Shown here: piece after piece, positions 1 through 13,710 of the stretch
Layout: each line of letters starts with the position of its first letter
How positions within the stretch are numbered: the first letter of the stretch is position 1
Source: Rhina ancylostomus
Lineage: Eukaryota
NCBI GenBank assembly: GCA_030265395.1
Contig: JARFYF010000050.1
Span: 19,465,899 to 19,529,898 of the forward strand
Direction of reading: 5' to 3'
Length of the DNA stretch: 64,000 nucleotides
Translations under genes and position numbers: made by a program
The notes under the pieces: model-generated
Told to the model about the DNA's origin: nothing
Databases searched by the model: none
Seen by the model: only the letters and a program-made list of their open reading frames with translations

Positions 1-47
1 CACTGTATCTCAGTACATGTGAGAATAATACATCAATACCAATATCA
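1..47 (+). mobile_element. 3' tail of a Rex1/Babar-type LINE or related SINE, truncated by the window edge
   Basis: ctgtatctcagtacatgtgagaataata...aatacc resembles the gtacatgtgacaataaa tails of the copies at ~1050-1085 and ~22320-22360. Confidence 0.5.
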
Positions 48-49
48 TC

Positions 50-340
50 CACCTGTACTGTACTATGCTGGAGTATCAAGTCTAAGGTTTGGTGCTCAAC
101 TCTACGATGGGAGGAGACCTGAATCATAAGCTTCTGATTCAGAGACAGGTACAACAACATTTAAAAGGCACTTGAACAGGTACATGGATACGAAAGGTTA
201 AAAGGGATATGGGCCAATTGCAGGAATATGGGACTAGGTTAGATGAACATCTTGGTTCCCATGGACCGGTTGGGCCGATGGGCCTGCTTCCTTGCTGTAT
301 GACTCTTTGACTGTAGGTAATCACTAACTGAACTACAGTT
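50..340 (-). mobile_element. Deu-domain tRNA-SINE head (AmnSINE1/SacSINE-like), interrupted by a CR1 3' end
   Basis: gtactgtactatgctggagtatcaagtctaagg..gtgctcaact...gacctgaatcataagcttctgattcagag, resuming as cactaactgaactacagttga after the CR1 piece. Same motif order as the copy at 53440-53680. Confidence 0.55.
143..312 (+). mobile_element. CR1-type LINE 3' end
   Basis: acaacatttaaaaggcacttgaacaggtacatggat (TTFKRHLNRYMD), then a 3'UTR gggccgatgggcctgcttccttgctgtatgactct; same family as 41085-41340. Confidence 0.85.
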
Positions 341-609
341 GAGTGTTGGTAATAAAGTAAATGGATTTGAGTGAACAATGCATTTGAAAGTTGTCCTTGA
401 TGTCTGTGTGATATGGCAATGGATACACATTGTACTCCAAAGTCAAAGGAAAGAATTTTGGAAGCACTGCATAATGTGTAAATGGTATTGTATTGCACAA
501 TTAGCACTAGCATTCAAGAACGTATTTCTCCCACAGTGTTTCAATGTTATATCACATAGGCAACAGAACTAAGCTCCCTTCACCCTAATTTACAAATGAA
601 AAATGTCTC

Positions 610-1085
610 AAAGGCTGCAGAGAGTAGTGGGCACAGCTGGCCCATCAGCCACAGCCCTCCCCACTACTGAAAGCATCTAGATGAGGCGCTGCCTCAAGAA
701 GGTGTCATCTATCACCAAAGATCCCCACCATTCGGGTCATGCCTTCTTCCCGCTGTTACCATCAGGCAGCAGTTACAGAAGTCCCACACCACCAAGTTCA
801 GGAATAGCTACTTTCCTACAATCATCAGATTCTTGAACTGACCTGCACAACCCTAACCCTACTCCAGTGCAACACTACAGACCACCTACTGCACTACCAT
901 GTCTCTGATTGTGTTTTTTCACGAATGTCTTATTTTGCACACTGTTCTATATACTTCACTGTTTTATATGATTTATGTTCTGTGTGTTGTCCGAATCAAT
1001 GTGCCTGTGATGGCACTGTAAACAAGATTTTCTTTGTACCTGTACCTCACCGTACTTGTGCACATGACAATAAACACAACTTGAC
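610..1085 (+). mobile_element. Rex1/Babar-type LINE 3' fragment
   Basis: Reads LQRVVGTAG..LPTTESI*MRRCLKKVSSITKDPHHSGHAFFPLLPSG..HTTKFRNSYFPTIIRFLN, followed by a 3'UTR ending gacaataaacacaacttgac. Confidence 0.85.
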
Positions 1086-4000
1086 AAACATCTAAAATGG
1101 AAAACAAAACAAAAATACACATACAATGGTGGAAGGATTATAAGTTTATATACAGTGGGACAAAAATATGTGGCCCCACCCAGCAGTGTTCTAGCTGGGT
1201 TTCCAAGGCATTGTCCCTGCATTTTCCACAGGGACTGCAGACTCAGTGTTACACCTGTCACAGAATGCAACCGTGGGTGAATTGTCTCAGATACTGGATT
1301 AGAAACACTTCTCCCCTCAAAAAGGTTATTTCAAGGTGCAGACCTGACTTGAACAGTTTGTATCAGTACTATTGAAAAAGCAATAAAAGGTTAGAATATG
1401 CTGGTCAGGAGAATGCTGTTTGGAGCTTATTGTGCTCCTAGTTTTGAAATACAGTCAAAGTTGACAAAAATTGGACACCACAACTTTCAAATCAGTGGAA
1501 GGTGGCACTGTAAATAAAAATACAATCTAAAGAGACTGACACTTCCATTTTTCAACCTTGCCTGGTAAAGGTTAATTATTTCTAACGTGGTGAGTGATGG
1601 CAAAGGATCGCAGCAGCCTTATATCAATCTGGCACAGGCTGGTACTGCTAAGAGGTTTCAGTGTAGTGCATTATGATCACAAGTCTACAGAAAAATCAAT
1701 TTTTAATTGAGTGTATTATTTGAGAGGCCCAAGCTGTCCATCATATCCTGCTAATGGAATTTCCATCCGTCTCTACTGCTGACACAAGCAGGATTCCACC
1801 TCATCTACCACCCGCGTTTAATCACCCGGCTCACACTTTACTGAAAAGGAAATTAACTCTTTAGGCACACTTGTGTAAGGAAACCTGCAAGCGACAAATA
1901 TCTACTATCTGCAACCATCTGGTACTGTCTGGTACATCTGGATGTGACGCAGCTGGGTAATTTGTGTGCTTTTGGCTCCACCCATAACAAACTTAGGTAC
2001 ATTTCAGTTCTTCCACCTCTCTCCATTCCAAGGTGGCATATATGATCTGGTCTCTATAAGCTAATCAATTTTATATTGCTTACACTATAAGGCATATATA
2101 CTACATGATTAGATGATTTTCACATGGTATAGATTCAGCTTATTTGGTGTAAGTTTTCCACTTCATTCACCTATGGTGGATTGGTTTTGGTACATACAGA
2201 CACGAATAAATGGGAAATTTAAACATTTGTTTTTTCAGGCGACTGATCCCCAAACCGAGGATTAAAATCTCATTATGCTATAATGGCTCCCTGCCCCAGA
2301 AACTCTATTTTAATGACAAGCTATTCCTATTTTTCCAAATGTCTTGGCTTCTTGTTTTAATATAATATTTCAAGATAATACAGACAGTGGAGAGGAATAA
2401 AAGAAGAAACAAGATTAAATGTTTTGAGAGGCGGAGATTTTCAGTCAGAAATCAAGGGAGGTGTCACTCTCAGATTTTTGTCAGCATGTTGCCAAATCTT
2501 GCTCAGGAAAACCAATTTCTAGTATGGCTCAGCAGAGTCTAGTCCAACACACTGTATTTGTTTCTGAAGTACATGGCTTTTCACTTCAAGCTTACTCAGT
2601 TGTGAAATAAAACCCACTCTCTTATTGTCCTTCAAAGTATATTCAGTTAATACAAAAGAAACTAATTCTTCTGGTTGGCCAGCTTGAAGTTCAATGTGTA
2701 TGGAAACCAATATTAATAGCCAGGAATTTCCAAACAAAATCTCTGAGAAATCCATTGAAGTAATTTCCATTTGCTTCATACAGAGCAAAGGCTTTCTGTC
2801 CAAAAGGTATATTCTATTTACCTATGCTCAAAGAGGCTGGTTACTCAGAACAAAGCTCATGGCTCATAAGTGTGGTATGGAATTTGATCAGTTTAAGCAC
2901 TATATAATAGTACCACTTAGGAATTAATGTCTAGAGTCACCTTACCTGTGATAGCATTGGTTTACTGAACCATAATCCCTAGTAACAGACTTAACTCTGG
3001 ATCCTGTCAAAGTCTGGCCAATGATCAACAGTGTACTGGAATTCTGCAGACTTATTCGGGACAAATATTGGAGAAGTTTGCCATTAGGATAGTTTAGTTC
3101 TAATCTCCCAATCTATATCTTACTGGCAGTGTCTTTTCTGCCTGCCATGGAGGAAAATTACTGTTGAATCCCTCAATGTACCCTTTCTGAGCAGGTGATG
3201 TATAGTGCAAGTCACCATAAAATGTGAATACACAATCACCATTTTGCTGTTTGCACCATGTCACACATTACATCTGACGGCTTGTTCCAACAATCCATAA
3301 GGCAACTCTCACTGCAACAAACTGTCTCTAGAAAATCAGTCAAATACTGGTTGTCAATTCTGGTCTCCTGTTAACTGCAGGTAAATAGCTTAGAACAAAC
3401 TTGATAACTATATTAATAATACAGGGCAATATTAATAAAACAATATAGAAATTGCTAATTTCAGGCTACCCTTTTGTAGACATTGCTACACAATGTAGAG
3501 CAGTTCAAGCGTTTCATCATTGCTTTTTCCATTCTACTCTAGTAACTTCATCAGAAGTATGGCAGAAACCCCATCAAGAAAAAGTAAGCTACCGTTTAAT
3601 TATGTCTCTGTTAATTAAGTTTCTTTTAGGTTTCATAAACTTATTTACAGATCAATATACTCTAACAGTTGCAGGACCTTCAGGGAGCGTGCAAGTGATT
3701 TAGATTTTATTCTGTCATCATTTTACTGTATTTGTTGACTTACTATGTTACTTTTGTTGTTGCATGTTAACAAAAAAAAATCTTTGTTGCTGGGATAGCA
3801 ATGTTTTCCATTAGGTGGTTGACAACCTTTTTTAACAGTTGAGGAACTGACTCAATATTTGTGGGATGGTCCTTGAGAGAGCATCAACAGTTTTTGATGG
3901 TTCCTTAAAGAGTCAGGTTTTTAAGTGACAGGCAGCTTGGGATAATTTAGAACACAAACATACAAGCTTTGCATTCCTCCTGCAATGCACTACTGATTTT

Positions 4001-7000
4001 AAATAGCTAATGTTGGTGCCATTTTTCAGATGTAAAATTTATCAATAGTCAATTGTGCAGTTTCAAAGTTACTTCAAATATTGCTGTTAAATGGACAGCC
4101 ATGAATAAAAATTATACCATTCAGCTTTAACATTAAGATGATTCTTTATAGTCACTATTTCTCTAAAACAAAATGGTTCGAAGAAATGAGATTCAAAGTT
4201 GCATGTTTTGTACCACATTCAGTTCAGTATGCAATGAATCATAAAAATTTCATGACCTCTCTGAGTCTACCATTGTTAGGAGATCACTCTGCAAATTCGG
4301 ACTAGGTCAGAACTGCTTCAAACAGGACTGAATTACAGCAGCTCCTTTAGTCCCAAATTGCACAGGACAGCAGTTAAACAAATTCTGAAATATTAATGAA
4401 GTTTCAGACCATGGGAAAAGCACGTAAGTGATGAATTCAGAAGATATGCACATAAAAATTGCTTGTTTTGGATGGATTTGGTTAGAAGCAATTGTTTTAT
4501 GGACTGTCTCTTATGAAATGGGACATAGTCTGACCAGCTATATCCACAGGACTGGGGAGGTTTGTGACTGGAGGTGGAGTTCGAGTTTTCAATCTAATTG
4601 AAATAAACTACCCAAGAATCTACATTTTGACACTTCAAAATTTGACCTCCTTGCACAAGGAAACAACTTCATACCTTTAAACTTAATGCAGCTTTACTGT
4701 AATATACTCCTTCTTTCCTTTCTCAAAAGGCAGGTTACATTACAAAGTATTATAAAATCATATTTCCATTTATAAAACATATTAACATAATGCTTTGAAT
4801 AATGTTTGATGTATGGAGATTATCAATCCTATGATTTTGATTCCTATGTTATACGAGAAAAGATCACAGAATACTGATCAGATTTAGCAATCTAAATAGC
4901 ATCAATGTCCCTAGTTCCTGCATAAATCAAACAATAGAAATGATACTGAAGCAACCAATTCATCAATGAATTGTGGAATGAATTCTCAGCACAACTGACC
5001 TAAAGTGCCACTTCATCGTTCATTTAGGAATTACCCTTCCATGGAGAAATAGTGCGTCATTAAGAGCCTTTCAGTAACATTTATCCAATGTGGTCTAACC
5101 TACAGACAAAGTACATTTTGAAAGGATTCTGCAATGTACTTAGATATTTTGTGGCTGTATTAGTTTATGGGGCAGAGAAAAAGCAGCTAATCGTGTACAA
5201 CTGACCTCATCTAACCTGAGGTCTGGACAGCATTTCAGCAACTCTTTAAGGAAGCAATATTTACAAAAACCGAGGGAAGTCAACATGGCCTTTTTGAATT
5301 TATTAGTGACATTTTCCTTGGGATATGCTTGAAATATTGGTGACAGAAACCTAATTTCAATGCTTTTGCGTCAAATCAAATCAAGTCAAAGATTTAACCA
5401 AAGATTCAGATTGTACCAGCATTAAAACTAAAGTCTTCATTAAATCCTCCTTACTGATGCTATTCTCAAGAGTATCTTTTATTCATGTTTTAATCTGTAG
5501 TTTCCCACTATTGTTGTTTATCACAAAAATCTTAATGTTGTTTGCCAGGGATATCTGAAATGATAACAACATTTTGGCCATATACTACGACATACAGGAC
5601 ACTTCTGCACATTGATTTCAAAAGGTCACAAAGCAATCTAGATTGATGCACAGGTATCAATGACTTAGACTTCTACTGAGATCTTCAAGAAAGAAGGCAG
5701 TCACCCAAAACAGATATAAAGTGTTGGTCTGCTAATGGAAATACCTCACCTGTGTATCTTGAGAAAGAAAATTTATTATCTAATAATCTCTGTTAAAAAA
5801 CCATAGTGTGCAACACCATAGACCTCTTATACAATAAATATGAAGAGATCTCAACTGGTAATAAGATGTTTGGTAAATGGGCACAAATTATAGTCACTAC
5901 TTTTGGCTCGATAACAGAGACAGGACTAAAAAGTGGCAGTGCAAACTATGGTACCTCTGATCAACTATGTGTGTTCACAGAACCACGTCAATTGGGACAA
6001 TACTCTTTTCAGATTTTTCTGGAGAATGGAAATCTAATTATAAAAAAAAGTGTGGGTCTTAAACTTCTGAACGGTTATAAATGTTATAAGGCCTGACAAT
6101 TGAGTTCTTTCTCTCCCAGAAACAATGACTGCTGACTAAAATTCAGGATGTTCGAGTGTTTGCTTCCAACACGTTTTCAGCAGGTGGCAGGGAGAGTTGG
6201 CCCCACTTTACTGAATTGCAGTGACATGAGATTATGAACATTCTGCTCAAAATAACAATACACGATACCCTATTGATTTACGAAAAATATAACCAACACA
6301 TCAGACATGTCTCCACTTGCTTAACTTTAGCTTGGATATGAATGAATGGAAAACAAACCACAGCAGAGCAGACATTTCCTTAAGAAAGATATTCATTTAA
6401 TATCAATCAATTGCTGTCGACTGACTGCATGTGAACAACTCTAGTAATCTTAATGGTGCTGGGGCTATGATGCCATATTTGCTCCAACTGTGAGAGCAGG
6501 AATAGCACCTCATATCAAAGGGTAGTCAAAAATAATAAAAATGAAATCAAAAACGAAGGGTGGGTGATTGAGACAGAGTGAAACAAAAAGATGGACAGTT
6601 AGATCTAAATGGATTGGAAAGGAGAGAGGCAAAGGAAACAGCCTGTACACTATATAGTTCTCATTAGTCCTATTTCTGGAAATTTGATTTGATTTCTAAA
6701 TATTGATATTTTTGAACAAATATATTTGACATGAAGCTCCTGGGGAATTAGCCTTTTTCTCACGCTGAATTTATTCTGTATTATGGGTAGTCAGGTCATT
6801 ACTCTGAAAGATTTGCTTTGCCTTCCAGCTGACAGTTATTTTTGTGGATTGCTTTATAAACTAAATTGTAACCCTTTTATTGCTCTTGATCAACACAATT
6901 GATGTTATGCTGGAATGAATAATTTGTCTGATTTCTCTTGCCTACCTGCTAATTCATAGTAATGATTGGGCTGTATTTAAAGGGGTATGATCTATCTGTA

Positions 7001-7014
7001 CTGGAAGGAAGGTT

Positions 7015-7250
7015 TTCTTTATTCATTTTTTCTGGTGCCACTGGCAAGGCCAGCATTTATTTCCGGTCCTTACTTGCCATTGACAAGGTGGCGGTGAACC
7101 TCCTTATTGAACTATTACAGTTCTTCAGATGAAAATGCAATCACAGTGTTCTTGAACAGGGAATTTCAGGACTTAGACACAGCGAAGGAATGGCAATATA
7201 TTTCCAAGTCAGAATCTATGACTTGGAGGGCAACCTGCAAGTATACTTGC
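7015..7250 (-). mobile_element. CR1/L2-group LINE 3' end (family sharing its tail with SacSINE-like SINEs)
   Basis: cactggcaaggccagcattta...gacaaggtggcggtgaacc...gaaggaatggcaatatatttccaagtcagaatc..gacttggagggcaacctgca is the reverse of a common chondrichthyan LINE terminus (family recalled, not searched). Confidence 0.7.
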
Positions 7251-8244
7251 TCTTTGCAACTTACAGTGAAATAACACAATTAGTTCAAACAACTACTCCT
7301 ATACTCTGTCCTTTCTCCATTTTACGCATCACTTCTGTCGCCAATATGCAGACCAACTTTAACAAGTCTTCCCAAATTGTATTTTCTACCACAGCAATAC
7401 AATTATTCAGGCAGGGACAGCTTTTATTGGGTGCTGCTGAACAACACCATTAACACCTGTACAATCTTTCTTGCTCAGCCTCTTTTCTCATGTAATGGTT
7501 ACAATAGATCTTGATGCTCTATCGACTGCTCTCCTTGATCTCCTTTCCTTGTTGAGTTACAGTGTCAGCAAACCTCTCTATACAAACTGCATAGCATGTA
7601 TCACTCATTTTGTCATGTCATTTTTTTGCTGCCCTGACTCGCTATTGACACAAATACAGTTTGTATTTGTACCATGGAGTATAAGGTCCACACTGAAAGG
7701 GAACACAAGAGTTAAAACAAGTTTACTATATATACGGTCTACATTGGATTGAAAGTAATTCTTTAAAATGATGAACAGGTTTCATAAAGAGTTTCAATAA
7801 ATGCCAGAAAAATTGGCACTGTGACCCGATATTTTTCCAGCTGATGAGTAGCCTGAGAAATTTGTTTGTAGGTTAGATTCCTCTTGCATGCCACTGCATG
7901 CTCAACTTATGCCCTGATCTCAGGATTTAATTGTAGTGCTTTTCAATTCCTTTTCTGCAGTCAATTGTGAGATTTCATCAATCACTTGCAATTTAACAGT
8001 TTATATCAGGCATCAGGCAACAAGCAAATAAGGATTCTAACTCAGTATCAAAATACGGTCTCTTTTCAATGTTTTAGGGAGTAAGGAATATCTAGTTTAA
8101 CATAACTATTACTGAAGGTAAAACAAATATCCAAAGTGTGAATAACAAAGGCAACATGATCTATGTTAAACTGCTGTGAACTGAAATGTCAGTACACCGT
8201 GGTCAACGGCAACAAATTAACCTGAAAGACCCAAATAATGCACG

Positions 8245-8372
8245 CAAGGTAAGGGCCTTAGGAGTTATAGAACCAAGGTAAGTAGATGGGTCTTAAATAC
8301 AGATCAAGCTGAAATGAATGTCAAAACAAGTTGGAAAATCTGAATGGTCTCCTCCTATTCTTATCTTGTTTT
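8245..8372 (+). mobile_element. Short degraded CR1 3' end
   Basis: cagatcaagctgaaatgaatg...ctgaatggtctcctcctattcttat resembles the tails at 13620-13710 and 45060-45135. Confidence 0.5.
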
Positions 8373-11300
8373 AAAGTGATATATTCCCAACTGTTCTTAT
8401 TATGGTGAACTATATTCTAATGAGATTTGAATTACAACCATTTGATGCAATTTTAGCTTGTAAAGCAAATGCGAGTTAACTGTTTATGAAGATAATATTG
8501 GTTACAAGAAAGATTGGTGTGCCTGGAAATTTATCCTTGGAAGCACTCAACTCACAATATCTAAAAAGGCAGAATGTTGTACTTGCTTCTGAAATTGAGT
8601 TAATCAAAGTTCATGGAACCAAATTTCAGAAGCAGGATATACATTGTGCCTTAATACTTTGAGAAAGATAGGACCTCAGAAATTTTTTTCTTTGGAATTG
8701 TTGAAGGATATTGCTGACTATTGCTTGACAAGTTTTACATGAGTTTGCAGCAGCAAAAGTGACTTCTTGTAGTGTTTTCCTGTGATCACTCACATGCAAT
8801 CTAAAATATCTGTGTATACCTACAAGACTATATAAGATTATATAGCTTAGCAAGCAACTGCTTTATGAAACCTCTCGTGCTCCTAACCATGGACTCATTT
8901 CCAGTCAATAATGTTTTTTGTATAAATAATTGCTGTTTTATATAAAAAAAGGGTTTCTATTATTTTAAATTTCAGGTGAGTTATCCATGTAAACATTGTT
9001 TCAGCAGAACATTTTTAATCATATTGGTGATACTTCAGACAGATTTTATTTCATTTATCGTGTCCTAGAAATGAGGCCAATCAACAGATGTTCACACCAG
9101 TGAAAACCACAGCTATACAAGTTACCCCACCTCTCAGCTCATGGCCATCTTGCTGATGATTTTGGCTCTTCATTCAGGTACCCTTTAAACATCTTGAGAG
9201 TTTCCATTCCATCACATTTTTGGGAACTGTATTCAAGACCCCCAATTGCTTTTTAGGTGAAATATTTTTTCTGCAACTCCTTGTTAATCCTTCAAACAAT
9301 TCTGAATGGACAGAACAGTTTGAAGTAAAGGAGCAGGCGAAATAAGAGCAACATTTACTTTTATATGGAAATTTTGCATTTATTGAATGAACAAATGTTT
9401 CCTTTCCAGAAAATTTGGTGCTTTTTTTTTCATTTCTTAAAGGAGCAAGAATTTCAAAGCTGTATTCATAATAAGTGATATTGAGCAATATGGATACTCT
9501 CGAGCCATGCCTCTCAAATATGATCATACCTTCAGGATATACTCAACTATATCCCTGACTCCTCCGCCAATAAAAGGCTCTGTTCCAAATAAATCTTGAA
9601 TGTGGACGACAGGAATTAATGTCTGAGCTCTGTGATTATAGTATGTAAATTGGCCAAAAGTTGAGATTACTTTCAGTCTTGGTGGATATTTGCATTTAAA
9701 ATATTGCAGTCTTATAATACAAAGGACATCTTTTTAAACAATGTATAAGCATAATATGCTATTTTGTAAAACATTTGAAAATGTCACATGACTATGATGT
9801 ATTAAATTATTGGACTTTTTGTTCTTATTGTGCCGCTTTGTGAACAAAAAATGATTTTGTCTCAGTGGCACTTTGATGGTTCTTCACTTTCTAAACCTAA
9901 AACCAAAATGCACTGATATATTTTGTATTTGTTCATGATCCAAGTAGGGACATAATTTTCTGATGGTGCATTCCTCCATCCACTCAGTCAAAATAAATGG
10001 GTTAATTCCTCATTAGAACAGCAGGCAGAGGAATTGAAACAGCTAAGAACTGATCAGAAAATATTTCCCTTAACATTTAGCTACTTTCAATCTAGAGTCA
10101 CAATTCTTAGCTCTCTTAAGCAGTTTTCTTGCCTGAAGTGTTTTTCCATGCTGCACATACATAAAAGCACTCCTGATGTATCAACATTCTTCTGGATAAA
10201 AGAGCAAAAGGTCAAAATTTGTGCTGTACAAAATGGAAACTTGAGATAAAAACAGGTTTTCTCATACTCTTCATATTCATCCTGATTTTAATTATGAGCA
10301 TTAAAAAATCCAGGATAATTGATTGCAATTTTTGGAGAAAACTAGCATTAGATGACCAAATTAACATTAGATAGGTCAGAATCTTTTTAAAAAGAACTAT
10401 TATAATTAAAGCTGACAATGTTACATGTCCTTTACAGCAGACGAGGCTACTATTAATATTCAATAAGAAGATAAAGCTATGCAAAATATCATATTTTGAT
10501 AAAGCTGTCCGCTGAATTCCAGCTTCAGCAAAGACTATTAAAGAGGAAGAGAAACAGAAAGAAGCAAAGATGAAAATAAGGCAAGAGGGAAGATGAAATA
10601 GGTGAATGCGTTTATTTTGAAATCCTTGTTAGTTGCACTTTATTTTTCAAAGCGTCTGTCAGAGTTTTCTAGTCATTTAGGCTGCTGTGTGTGGAGAATG
10701 CAACCTGTCTGGCTGTGACAATCACAATGCACTCACTTCGATCTCACACACTAATGAGTGTCAACTTGAAAAAGCCCATTGAAGGGGCAGAAAATTACTC
10801 TCCAAGAAGGAATTGACTGATTCACATCATTTCTTGAGGAACCAGTGACCTGTGAATATTTCATTACAGAAAATCGTGCTGTACATATGAAAACAGCTGC
10901 TGGTGCTGTACCACAGTTACTGAGACTGCAAGCAGTGAAACCTACACAGAGACACACAGGCAATTCACCAGATGCATTTGCTAGTGCATACACACAGATT
11001 GACATGAAAACAGCCAAGTACAGTTGCAAGAGAATACACACAGAATGACAAGTGTACAGAAAAGCACAGAATATGAAATATATGCACAGATTGACAGGAG
11101 GATATTGGGGATACAGACTGTGAAAACTNNNNNNAAATTGATAGAGTCCAGCTGCACAAAGTCTTTGTAATATTTACACAGAAGAAGGATAAAGCTGGGT
11201 ACAGGGTGTGAAATAAGTGCACGGACCAATGTGGTACAGCTGGCTGCACACAATTACAACCAGGACCGTTCCTCCTGACTCCACCATTTTTAAACATTGT

Positions 11301-13069
11301 ATTCTGAATGCCTGTAAATTTCATCCCCTCTAAAAAAGCCACAGTGATTTCTACCTGATAATATGCCAGACAATGAACGAGTGAATGTGTGAATTATTCA
11401 TATTAGACAATGTGTCGGTCTGGCCATAGATTCCTGTTAGAGCCCCACATGTAGCCAGATGTGCCTGGGCAAGCAGAACAGGAGGCTACCATCAATAGAC
11501 TGCATCAATGAGTTGGGAAACTTGAGTTATTCTATCTACATATCTCTCAATACATTTAGCTGCACAATTCATCTTATTCATCTTCTTATGTTATAGAAGC
11601 AAGGATAGAATCATCTACTTTCTCATTACATAAAAAAGATTCTATGAGGGAATCTAACAAAAATCCACAGGAAGTTCCCTGGGTTGGTGTTATATTGCAT
11701 AAGGTTCAAGCTCATTGTAATGAGAGACTCCCTAGGTCAGATGGTATCCAATTCTATTGTTCTGTGCATTTGTGTGTTGCACTGGAAAGTGATACCATCG
11801 CAAGTACATTATTGCTCACACAAAACCTGTTTGGATTAATGCAGAAATGCCACCATAACTGCCTGCTTACCTCAACGAAACTTGTCAAATACTGATGGGG
11901 CTAAATTCAACAGATCCTGAATAAAGACACAACGCTGTGATATGCAAGAAAATGAAAAGCATAAAATATCAATCCATTCTTGTCTCATCACTCCCTAGAA
12001 ACTTCTGAATTTTGAAATCAACTCTTTGAAAAATTCACCTAACTCCTTACAGAATCACAACCAGAAATCAGTCTGTAAGTGCATGATGTATCCTTTAAGT
12101 AACGGTCAGGAAGAGGTGGGTGGGGGAGTATGGGGGTGTTGTTTCTGCTGCTGAATGCATGTTTAAGAGACATCATGATCTTCTATCTCCATATACTTCA
12201 GGCTGGTTCTCAGTGTGAATTCACAATGCCCAATGAAATGGCACCTGGGTTGAGTCATGCTATAATGTGTGGGTGCATCATGGAAGCCCCTTTGCATCTG
12301 TAAGTGCTGTTGTAGCTTTCAAAAAAAGTAGTTGCTAATGATTCCAATTTTACCCACAGAATTTCTTCCCTTTGCAGCATACATACTTTATGATACAGAG
12401 TTTTCCTGTTACCGTACAGCACAGAAACACTATTTTATTTCTTCTTTGTTTTGGTGCTAACTGGAAATGCTGAATTACATGCAAAGAAAAGCTTTCTACT
12501 TTAGACAGTTGAAAAGACAGCTCCACTCACATGTATTCACTTACTCTCACTATGCTAAAATGTAATAAGGAGTTGTTAAGGGACTTTTTATTGGGGTAGA
12601 TAACTGCAATCTCTTCCCACCGTGCAATAGCCATTCTGCATTGTTTCATTTAGATAATTCATTAAAACCCAACTGCATTGTGCAGACAACACGACAAGAC
12701 TCGAACAGTTTTATTGCAATGTCACTGAAAGATGGTGTGACAAAATGAAAATCACTGGTACATTATAGAGAGGACAGAGTTCCATGTTTATTTTTTGACT
12801 ACACAGTGAATTATGAGGGGGCATTGCTGCATCAATGCAGTTTCTTTGGGAGGGGCAGGACAGATGATTGATAGCAGAAAATGGAAGATGGGGAGTCATC
12901 CAGTAAAAAAAAATTCCACCTCTGAGTAGGTCATTAGTGCACAGTACTAAATTAAATTGTTAAAATTAATGTAAATTCATAAAGCAAAGATGTAGCCTCG
13001 TAGATTGTATGGAAAGATGCATTATTCACAGGTAAATGACAATGCTTAATTGTTAAGAGAACAATTACA

Positions 13070-13710
13070 AGTCAACTACAAATGGTGTTGGTCTTGAGTA
13101 CAAGAGAATTTGAGAATAAGTGTGAAGATGTCTTGCTCCGAGTTTATTGCAGCCTGGCAAGAAGACATTGGAAATATTATGTATGGGCCTGGTCTCTCCA
13201 CAAGGCTATACTTGCCACTGGGCAAATGTTCAGTGGATTGAATCCTGGGATGTTTTGTTTATTATTATATAGGGATGGATTAATCGGAATGGTCCTATAC
13301 TATCATGGGTTCAGAAGAATTCGAGGTGATCTCATTGAAATATACAAAATCCTTATGATGCAGGATAGATACAGAGTTAATGTTTCCCTGAGCTAGAGTG
13401 TCTGTAAGGGGGGCTCACAGTCTCAAAATAAGGGGTCATCATTCAGGACAGAAATAAGAAGAAATTACTTCATCCTAAGGGTAGTGAATCATTGGAATTC
13501 TGTACATGGCAGGGTTGTAGAGGCTCAATACCTGAACATATTCAAGATAGAAGTCAATAGGTTTTAAATATTAAGGGATTCAAGGTGAATGGAGTTAGTG
13601 CTGAAAAGTGGGTCTGAGATAAAAGATCAGTCATGACCTAACGAATGGCAAAACAGGTACAAGGGGTAGAATGGCCTGTTCCTGCTTCTATTCTTTTTAT
13701 GTTCTTACAG
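13070..13710 (+). mobile_element. CR1 LINE ORF2 C-terminus plus 3'UTR
   Basis: REFENKCEDVLLRVYCSLARRHWKYYVWAWS..., FRRIRGDLIEIYKIL, RRNYFILRVVNHWNS; tail gaatggcctgttcctgcttctatt. Confidence 0.9.

Noticed and set aside
10860-11260. CA/ACAG-rich stretch with several overlapping ORFs
   Set aside because: It looks like decayed low-complexity sequence; the Cys/Val-rich minus-strand ORFs follow from the composition.
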